Shown: positions 12,489 through 21,599 of the stretch, in pieces
Layout: each line of letters begins with the position of its first letter
Position numbering within the stretch: the stretch's first letter is position 1
Source of the DNA: Nitrospirales bacterium
Lineage (GTDB): Bacteria > Nitrospirota > Nitrospiria > Nitrospirales > UBA8639
Direction of reading: 5' to 3'
Assembly (NCBI GenBank): GCA_965203295.1
Contig: CBDBCZ010000014.1
Location: forward strand, 736,001 to 800,000
DNA length: 64,000 bases
Notes under the pieces: generated by a model
Told to the model about the DNA's origin: nothing
Databases searched by the model: none
Seen by the model: only the letters and a program-made list of their open reading frames with translations
Position numbers and translations under genes: made by a program

Positions 12489-13410
12489 TGATACGTTGAT
12501 AGGCTAGCAGTGGGAGCGCGCGAGCGGGGTAGTGTGCTACATTGATGGCTATGAATACATTCCAGGCTTCGAGCCAGGATGAAAGGTCGCTGACAGTGCG
12601 CCTGCGTAGGGGACGTGGCTGTGCTACGATTACATTGGATGGGTCGGAGGTGGTGCTCGTGTCCGAGCTGAGACGTAGCGTGAATGCGGACGAGGAAGGG
12701 GTTTCGCGGGCCGGGAACATGTTGTCTGGCAGGAGGAGGTCAAAGTCTAAGTACTCACCTCGCGTGATCTTCTGCTTCAGCTTGTCTGTGATAGCAGGCA
12801 TCGGTGTCTGGTGGTGTTGGTCTGTGGGTAGTGGTAGCGGCACAGGCTGGGGCAAGCTGACCTGAGGGGGTGTCAGGTCGTCCCTTCCCAACTGAGGATC
12901 GGAGGTGGGTAGCACAGATGGGAGTGAGATGTTGTCGTCCGCAGGGGGAGGCTGTGGTACTGGAGGGTTGGTGGGTGGTTGCTGTTGCATGGTGCGAGCC
13001 GTCTGGATCAGGGCACCCAAAAGCTGCTGGACTGTGCCGTCATAATTAAGAAGGCTCCCGTCAATTAGACGTTCGCTGCGGTTGTGTAATGCAGCCAGTG
13101 AGGTGGCCGGCGGTTGTGTCAGGTGGCCTGTACCGGGCGCTTGTGGCGGTGGTTGGGGAGGCGACTGAGGGTGGAGTGAAGTGTACAGCCGTTTGGAGAG
13201 TGTGGCTTTGTTGCCAGTTGTGACAAGGTGTCTGTCTTGGAGGTGCAGGCGCAGCACCTCAATGGGAAGACGGCTAAGCTCTGCTCGGGGCATTGTTGCA
13301 ATGTCTGAAGTGTTTGTGCTCGTATCAGGTGCGGCTGTTCGGGTACGTTTCGGTGTAGGTCCCGAGGTTAGTTGCGATGCATGCTGCTTGCGGGTGCGAG
13401 TGCGAGGCAT
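12004..13410 (-). CDS. Gag-like ORF1 with N-terminal SAP-like motif, CCHC knuckle and C-terminal Cys/His fingers
   Basis: 468 aa from ATG. LSRLPIEVLRLHLQDRHLVTTGNKATLSKRL is SAP-like. KITRGEYLDF and YDSKFR are DIRS gag motifs. CTYCGSTSHYPDNC; CRDYNYRICTRSPCKHIHRCPCGGTHPYSEC. Confidence 0.9.
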   Translation of the reverse strand: MPRTRTRKQHASQLTSGPTPKRTRTAAPDTSTNTSDIATMPRAELSRLPIEVLRLHLQDRHLVTTGNKATLSKRLYTSLHPQSPPQPPPQAPGTGHLTQPPATSLAALHNRSERLIDGSLLNYDGTVQQLLGALIQTARTMQQQPPTNPPVPQPPPADDNISLPSVLPTSDPQLGRDDLTPPQVSLPQPVPLPLPTDQHHQTPMPAITDKLKQKITRGEYLDFDLLLPDNMFPARETPSSSAFTLRLSSDTSTTSDPSNVIVAQPRPLRRRTVSDLSSWLEAWNVFIAINVAHYPARALPLLAYQRIIGNAASKHPPAEWLQYDSKFRALAACDKSLRWDVKHSDLWLECIRSPSRNGSSGLRRVRLPCTYCGSTSHYPDNCGSNPFRRPRQRTPPRPTTGTTARRTPLPPASFRDQYQSSPATSSRELCRDYNYRICTRSPCKHIHRCPCGGTHPYSECPRPPPQGP

Positions 13411-14174
13411 TGTGGAGTATGTGCTGTGTATTACGAAAGCGTGGGTGTCTGTGATGTGATAATAAGGAATGTACTGAACGTGGTACTAATGTGATGGCGT
13501 GGGGCGCGAGGTTAGCGTAGAGCAACGTGAGTGCAAATAGCAGTGGTTTAGTGTACAATAGCAATGCAGTGCGAATCTACAGCTTAGCGAATGGTAGGTG
13601 CGGTCTTAGCATGCAGTGAGTGTGCGGCAAATGCGCAGTACTGGGGGTGTAGCAAGTGGCAGGTCGCAGTCTTAGCATACAGTAAGTGTGCCACGAATGC
13701 AATGGACAGGGGGTAGCAGATATAGCAGGGTGCAGTCTTGCATGCAGCAAATGTAAAGCAGGTGCAGGCTTAGTATGCAGTATGTGTGTAGCAAATGCAG
13801 CGTACAGGGGTAGCAAATAGCAGGGTGCAGACAAGTTAGCAAAGAGTATTCTGATTGGAACGGGCTCACCGGCTTAAACGCAGTGGGGGAGTGTCGAGGA
13901 TGCAGATAGACTGCCGTGAGATGGGTTGTTCGCCGACTTGTGGTAACTGCGGAGTGGGGGCTGGTGTGAAGTGATTGCTGGTAGTAACTGATGAGCAAGT
14001 GGCGGTGCAGCGGATGAGTTCCGGGATGTGGTATGGCAGTGCTGGCCGTATTTTCGGAGAGTTCACAGTGTATGTGGTCTGCACAAATTTCCAATTTTTG
14101 GAGACTTGCAAGAGACGCCTGAAGTGCGCAGGTAGCAAACTGGCCGGTAGTGGCAGGAGCACCGAATGGTTGGC

Positions 14175-14473
14175 AACAGATTTAGCAAAGTTTGAACTGT
14201 CTAGCTAGCACGTAGGGAATGCAAAGGCAGCAAGACTGATGGTGCTGAACTGAACCTGGCTTAAGTAAAGGCAGGAACAGGTTGACCGGGTTTTATGATC
14301 TCATGTGAACTATGGCCGCAAATAACTTAACAGCTATTCAAGCTGAATGGGTTGAAGCCAGCTGTGTGAAGTCTCTATCACAAGGGCATCAGCTGAGCAT
14401 GTGGCATCAGCTGATCACATGCAGGGAACATGCTATGTGTTAACTGACATTTGGGCAAAGCTCAAATGAGAAT
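14175..14473 (-). repeat. Ngaro split direct repeat A1 (5' end of element)
   Basis: Copy of A2. Confidence 0.95.
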
Positions 14474-15730
14474 AGAATGCTTCTAGTGAATGTAATAGGA
14501 AGCAATCTATAGCTTGACCTTTCACATGAGCTGGTTTTTAGATGATTTCTGTATTATAAGCTTGCTATGGTTTGGTGCTTTCTATGTGAACTTGTGTAGT
14601 ACTACGGGTCACTTGTAGTTGTCACAAAAAAATTGATCAACATGCAGCTACCTTAGATTGACCCTACTGAATATAATAGGAAGCAGTCAGCAGCCTGAGC
14701 TTCCCATATGAGCTCGTTTTAACTTGATTTCTGCTTTATATGCTTCCTCTGTTTTGGTGGTTTCTATGGGAACATACATAGTACGTACAATGACTAACTT
14801 TTGTAGTTTTCTACAAAAGAAAGGGAACAATTTTTTAAATTACAAATGTGAAGCTACTTAAGATTTACTTTACTGAATACAGTAGAAAGCTGTATGCAGC
14901 CTGAGCTTCCCACATGAGCTGGTTTTGACTTGATTTCTGCTATGTATGCTTGCTCTGTTTTGGTGCTTCCTATGGCAACATACGTATGTAGTACTATGAG
15001 TAACTTTGTAGTGTTTTTACGAAAAAAAGGGAACAATTTATTAAATTAATTTGCAGCTACCTTAGAGATTTGCTCTACTGAATATGTAAAATATAAAGCT
15101 GTCCACAGCCTGAGCTTGTGACATAAAGTGATTTTTAGCTGATTTGTGCATTTTATGGTTGCTGTGGTTTGGTGCTTTTTGTGTGAACTTGTGTAGTAGT
15201 ATGGATCCCTATTATAGCTTTTGCATATACATGTAAAGGGAACAATTTATTTCATTGTAAACATGTTAGAGTTACCCTACTGAATGTAATAGGAAGCAGT
15301 CTATAACCAAACCTTCCCACATAGGCTGGTTTATAGGTGATTTCAGCATTGTATGGTTGCTCTGGCCTGGTGCTTTATATGGGCATATGTGTAGCACTCC
15401 GGGTAGCTTTTGTAGATTTAACCAAACAAAGGGAACGATTTATTAATTTACAAACATGCAACTACCTTGGATTGACTCTATTGAATACTATAAGAAGATT
15501 CGTCTACCGACTGAGGTTCCCACATGAGTTGTTATTAGGTGGTTTATGCATTATATGCCAGCTATGGTTTGGTACCTTCTGTGGGAACATGTGTAAAACT
15601 ATGGGTGACTTTTGTAGATATTGCAAAAGACAGGGAACCAATTTCATAAATTAGAAATGTAGAGCTAACTTAGAATGACTGTACCTATAGCTATTGTAGT
15701 AGGAAGCAGTCTACTGTCTGAGCTTCATGT
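14474..15730. repeat. ~180-bp satellite array, segment 3 (continues from 7990-8176 across the Ngaro insertion)
   Basis: About 7 diverged monomers with the same consensus blocks as 3120-3705. Confidence 0.8.
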
Positions 15731-15807
15731 CAATGCACCCTGGAGTGCTATGTATAAGTATATACTGAGTAGCTGTTCTCAATGCTGCCCGACTAGACTT
15801 GTATAGC

Positions 15808-17286
15808 TACAAGTACTTGCACTCGCTTCGCTCGTTCAAGTACTTGTGCGTGTTCAACTCGCTCACTCTGTATACAGATAGAAATGAAAAGTGTGACCTC
15901 TATGTGATTTGCATGAACAGTATAACGTCTTCTGCCAATGAAGCAGTGCTTTTGACTAAGCCATATGTCAGTGTTGAAAATTGACTCGTCACGGGGGGGG
16001 GGGGGGGGGGGGGGGGGAGGGGGGGGGTAAGTATATAGTACGTGTGCACACTACACTGTACATTGCTTTTAGAAGCCAAAGCATGTATTATGTGATTTGT
16101 ATGGAACAGTATAACATCTTCTGCCAATGAAGCAGTGCTTTTGACTAAGCCACATGTCAGTGTTGAAAATTGACTCGTCACAGTGGGTGGTAAGTCTATA
16201 GTACGTGTGCACACTACATTTCTTTTAGAAGCCAAAGCATGTATTATGTAATGTCCATGTAGTATAGCTATCATATGGAATGTGGAGCATCTGCCAGTGG
16301 CAGTAGCCTGATCGAGACTTTGACAGTAGTTTTCTGCCTGAGCCATGTGGAGGCAGTAACTCAAAGGAGAGACTGCAAACAATTGCAAAACCATATCCAC
16401 ATCAGCACATGTAGGCGAATGGACCTGACTCCATTTAATGCACATCGTCGTAGTTTGTCTAGCGTAGCAGTTACAGCTGTGCATGGTTTGCACTTACAGC
16501 ACTATACAGCCACTAACCTTCGCAATAGAGCGCGCTCGAAGTGCTGATTTGAGGCCATCATGATAATATTGTCGGCTGTCAGAGCATCCCAATGCACGCA
16601 GCGGTCGAAGTCGTCCCAACGCATGCAGCGGTCAAAGTACTAACTAGAGGTCTCTAGCAGAGACATACCCCCGCGCTCTTGGACCCTGCAGACTGTAGCG
16701 CCGTATGCGAGCTGTAGGCGTGGCTGATCGCCGTAGAAATGATACGGGCATTTCTCTGCGTATTCTCCAGTATGCTTTCTATCCGAGTATATATACCTCT
16801 TCTACGCTCCATGTTGAAGATAAGACTCGTATACCATACTCGAGGGCTCGCGTATGTCCGTATTCAAGCTGTAGGCGTGACCAGCTGCCGTATTAAAAAA
16901 GGCGTGACCAATTGCCGTATTAAAAAAATGGTGGAACACACCGATAATCAGAAAAAGCGCGGAAATGCCGAGAATAAAACAGCTTTCTACTATATCAGGT
17001 ACAGACAAGCTAATGTATCACGGATATCAGCGATAACCTCCTGTTTAGAAATTGTTATAGCCTCTAAATCGCCCGTAGGAAGGTTTTTCAAAATTTTTGT
17101 ATGACAGACGACGACGACGACAGACGGACAAAACCGATTACTTAACCCCGCTTGCGCATACGCGCGTGGGGTAATTAGCTATGTACACATATGATGATGT
17201 CACTGTCTTCTCGCGCAAGCACGTTCTATTAGGTGACATCACATCCGTGACAGACAGACGGACAGAACTAACGTTAAAGTATTGAT
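15808..17286 (-). mobile_element. Non-autonomous Helitron/Helentron-like element, family B, interrupted by a family A copy
   Basis: Matches the uninterrupted copy at 38257-39033. Terminal hairpin caagtacttg..tcgcttcgctcg..caagtacttg, cagacagacggacag microsatellite, internal ~190-bp duplication, poly-G run at 15993-16027. Confidence 0.7.
16644..17174 (-). mobile_element. DINE-1/HINE-like element, family A (nested insertion)
   Basis: Reverse complement of 6143-6664. Inserted at gtactaa|ttagc relative to the empty site at ~38895-38906. Confidence 0.8.
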
Positions 17287-17441
17287 AGGTGCATGTTCTG
17301 CATGCATGGCTTATAAGGCCTATGTTTGAAATAACTGATGTCGCTACAGATGTAGCTAATGGCTTTTGTGATAGCTACACTCTTAGACAATGATCCATTC
17401 TGGTCCACATACAGACTGCCATCGCGCTGCCATTCATAGCC

Positions 17442-20333
17442 ATGCTTCGTGTACCGCTGCTGGGAGTAATTCTTTTGACTAATGTGGTGAGTTTAAATTT
17501 TACGTTGCCTTTTATTCTGCTGTATAGCTACTGCCACTACTACACATTCTTTACAGTGCCTGCTGAAGGCTGATTATCTACTTCAATATCAAGTGGAGCA
17601 CTATTTCAACATACCGCACACTCGTAGCGGTGGATTCTGCTGTGATTTAGACTGTTCAAATGAGTGTGAGAACCGTTTTCTCTTCTGCCTGCGTCCAGTT
17701 GGCTTCAACCGGAGCTCTGAGGAGTGTCCTCTGGGGAACTACAGCACTGGGGTCATTGCCAATGATAGCGTGGTGTTTGCAGCTGGTGAGGATCTTGATG
17801 TTGGTGTGCCCAACCCGTTAGTGTTCAATGGAGCAGGTGCTTGGCCTGTAAGTGTGTACATGCATGGAGATTTTATCTATGAGATAATGGAATGGAGTGG
17901 TTTACAGGAAATACACTAGAGGCTTCATTGGTAGACCTAGGAGAGTGGTCTCAGTGGGTTTCCTGTATGTAAACCACTGATCTGTCAACATCTAAGTTGC
18001 TTGTACTATAGATTTCATGCTCTAACTGCCAATTAGGGTAGTTAGAGGTAATCGGCAGTTAGAGCGTGGACAGTTTGTCTTGAACTTATAGACTGCTACT
18101 GGTGACATAGCGGATCCAATCCCCCCGGATTTCCTGTGACACCGGTCCCTTTGAACCGCCCACGCAGTATAGTACAAAGCATTAAATAATATAGTCAAGG
18201 AATTATTACTCCTTACTAATGATGTGTTATTTTTACAGGGGCAAGTTGAGATGTATGTACGAGTGGATGATGATGATGATGATGGAACTTCTGACCTAGT
18301 AACTCGCTTCTACATTGAAATAAGTGCCACAGCTGGTTTAGAATTTACAAGTACTCAGGAATACGGAGAGGACTCTGTTGGGCTCCTTGGGGCTAGCTAC
18401 CGAGTGAGTTGTACTGAGGACTTCTACAGCCCGGACTGCAGTGTCTTCTGTCGGGTGAGGGATGATGCACAGGATCACTACACCTGCGACGGCCAGGGAA
18501 ACAGAGTCTGTCTCAGCGGCTTTGAGGATCCTGCCTCCAACTGCACTGAGCCCTGCACCCCGACTGAAGGATGCTGTGAGCTCATACTGCTGTTTCAGAT
18601 GTTTTGTATGCTTTCACTGCCGCTCTTCTCCTACAGCTCTCATCGGTGGCTACTGCAATGTGAGTGGCACGTGCATCTGCAAAAATGGCTACTCTGGAGA
18701 CAACTGCAGCATTGGTAAGAGTTAGTTACCGACCATTGGCATGAACTGGTATAGGATTTATAAGCAGTATTTGCTCCACAGACCTGGACCCCTGTGCCCA
18801 CACCACACCCTGCCAGAATGGTGGGACATGCATGACCACTGGGCCTGACCAGTGTGAGTGCCAGTGTGTGGAAGGGTACGAGGGGATGAACTGCGAGCTG
18901 ATGGTGACTGACGAGTGTAGCCCTAACCCCTGTCTGAATGGAGGAACCTGTGTGGTATGGCATTAGCTCATCTTGACATGAAGCATGAGTCATGTACTGC
19001 CTTATTTCCAGGACCTCTTTCTCGACTATGTGTGTGACTGTGCAGCAGGGTATGAGGGGAAGAACTGCAGTCCTGAACCTGACAAATGTGTCCCCAACCC
19101 TTGCATGAATGGAGGCACTTGCACTGTGAGTGTGAATCCTATTTCTCTAGTGTGCTTGCAATTGTTAGCCCTGCACTCGACTATTCCCAAGATCTATTGG
19201 CAGACTTCCGCTGCTCCTGTGCCTCTGACTTTACTGGCAGGAACTGTGAAGAGAGGGAAGAGGGTGCGTATGTGCACTATTAAAATAGAATTGCAATATT
19301 GACTAGTGGGTTGTTGTTTGAGTTTCAGCATACATGGATAACTACAGCAACAATACTTTCCTCTGAGTATTCCTCCGCCTACTGCTACATGGTTTCGCCT
19401 TAGTGATGCAATTATTCTGTAACGGTAAAGTATTTACCCGCAGCAATCAATCTGTCTTCATGCTTCTGATGTAGGCAACAACCCACAAGTCAATATGACG
19501 TGTGTGTGTGTTTGCATAATGCATGGTGGGTGTGATACATAGGCAGTGCTATGTAATTCCCAGCCAGCATGTGTCAATACTCACGATCGATACACCTAGC
19601 ATCCTCCATTTTCCTCAGACTCTGGGATGGATACCCAGACGTACGCTGATTGGAGCGGCTGTTGCTGCAGGCATACTGCTAGTGGCCATCGTAGTCCTGC
19701 TGGCACTGCTGATACTGGTGCTAAAATGGCGGGGACACTCCCAGCGAAAAGTTGCCATCTCAGGTGAGCTTTTGCTTTGGTTCACTTTAGCTACGTAGCT
19801 CAGTGTGCACCTGTCTATATCCCACAGCACAGCATGCCAGGCCTATAGCAGCAGAGGTCTTCAGAGCTGATAACCCCACCTATGGTGGAGACATCTCATT
19901 GCTGTCTCTTTCTGGAGGCGACAAGAACTCTGGTAGCTTAGCCAACCATAAATTTCGAAACCCCCAGTATGGCTCAAAGGAGGCAGAAGGGTTCAAATCA
20001 GGTGTCTCTTCCCCCTTCAAATCGCCCTACTATGCCACAGTGGCCCGCAGTCCCTCAGTGGAGCCACACCCCCATGACCCTGCCCAGGTACCAGCAATGG
20101 AACATCAGTATGATAGCGTCAAGGTGGGCGGGGCAGAGCATCAGTATGACCAAGCTGAAGGAATCAAGGTGGGAGGGACAGAGCACCAGTACGACCAAGC
20201 TGAAGGAATCAAGGTGGGAGGGGCAGAGCACCACTATGACGATGTTGAAGAAATCAAGGTGGGAGGGGCAGAGCACCAGTATAATTATTCTACGACCCCC
20301 CACATCCAGATAGAGAAGGTTGGAAGAAGCTAA
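17442..20333 (+). CDS. Delta-like Notch ligand: signal peptide, MNNL/C2, DSL, ~4 EGF, TM, Tyr-repeat tail. Exons 17442-17486, 17557-17847, 18239-18575, 18637-18714, 18782-18954, 19012-19125, 19191/2-19263, 19619-19763, 19828-20333
   Basis: [21 protein letters not shown]...F.FCL...CPLG...PNPLVF..WP (MNNL); [42 protein letters not shown] (DSL); PC.NGGTC EGFs; [28 protein letters not shown]. Phase-compatible GT-AG introns except at exon 7/8. Confidence 0.9.
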
Positions 20334-21391
20334 CCCACATGTACGTACATACCTCTGAGGCACACATCATCTCTGAGTGCTTCTGCAAACTCTTGTGCAC
20401 CTTTATCACCAATGTCAACATTGAGGTTTAGTGTAACTCTGCGCAGACCTGGTATCTTTTCCAGTTTGAGCTTTCGTGATCGAAGGCTTCACTTTGTCTG
20501 TGTTGGCAATGATGCTGCAGAAATAATAAAGGGGTAGTAAAGAAATGTAGCCTCGTACCCAGATAGGCCTATTACCACCATGACTGAAGTGGTGGCAGAA
20601 CTGTTAGTCTACCTCAGTGAATACTTTTGTTTCGTTAGGAAGGGAAAGGAATATCTAATCTATTCTGAATCCAAGCAACAACACCTCTTGTGATGTTCGT
20701 AAAATTCTAATTTCTAACCATCCTAGAGCGATGGCACAGAAGTAAAGCCTGTTGACAGTTGCCACAGTTAGCAACACTGTTGTTGTGAGTGACATATTGT
20801 GCATGCAAATAACATGTAGTTGATATGTATCGCTAGAATACAACCTTGATTAGGACTGCTACTGATGATGCTCCTTGGGATGACAGGCTGCACGCAGTGA
20901 GATCCAGCCACTCCAGAGAATAAGAGTTCGTCACTGCACTGCAGATGACTGCATAATATATAAGGGAGTATTATTCAGCATCAGTATGAATCTGACGTAC
21001 GTGTACTTTTAGCATGCTTAGAAGGGTACCCACAACCAGTGTAGTCTGTACTGGCTCAGGTATATGATAATTACGTAAGGAGGTGGTAATTAGACAGCTT
21101 GATTGTAATGCATGTACATGCATTGGATTAAGTAACTCAGTATTATAATTTAAGCTATCATCAGCCTCACTTCAGTAATCTACAACACTTGTGATTAAGA
21201 GAAATACAGTAGTTCATAATTCAATTTCAATATGGTGCGGACTACAAGCACTATTTAAGTATATGAAGTATATGATCGAGTGGTTCCAGTGGGGTTGGTA
21301 CCTAAAATGAGTAACCTCAACAGTGAATCAGGCATCACCGTCCAATACTACTAGTCTCATGCCCAGCCCCATCTTAGAAAGGTGGGTCTAG

Positions 21392-21429
21392 CCATAGATA
21401 GTAGAGTAGAAGGACTCTACTATCTATGG
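21392..21429. mobile_element. 38-bp hairpin micro-element with 5-bp TSD
   Basis: tctag-ccatagatagtagagt-agaagg-actctactatctatgg-tctag. Confidence 0.65.
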
Positions 21430-21599
21430 TCTAGCGACCTGTATATTGAAAGTCGGGTTAGCATTACGTCAGCAGTCCCAGATCTGGACCGGCAATGCGA
21501 AGTGGATTTCACAGTTGCATCCACGTCCTAGCCTCATTCCCAGCCACATGCACTCGCAATAATAATCGGGAAAGGTAATTATTCCCGTTTATTTTTGGG

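Larger units (their letters stand above)
8177..14473 (-). mobile_element. Full-length Ngaro-type tyrosine-recombinase (DIRS order) retrotransposon
   Basis: Split direct repeats A1(14175-14473)...B1(8870-9163)-A2(8572-8870)-spacer-B2(8176-8469). Gag, RT/RNaseH and YR frames are intact. No methyltransferase domain and no TSD. Confidence 0.95.

Noticed and set aside
10362..13459. Many plus-strand ORFs within the Ngaro element
   Set aside because: Antisense shadows of GC-rich coding sequence, with no recognisable domains.
13411..14174. ORFs between repeat A1 and gag (possible extra Ngaro ORF such as a hydrolase)
   Set aside because: Short, low-complexity, non-ATG or without motifs. More likely a 5' leader with degenerate repeats.
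15900..17104. ORFs of 90-197 aa
   Set aside because: They lie in multicopy non-autonomous elements, and the frames are not conserved between copies.
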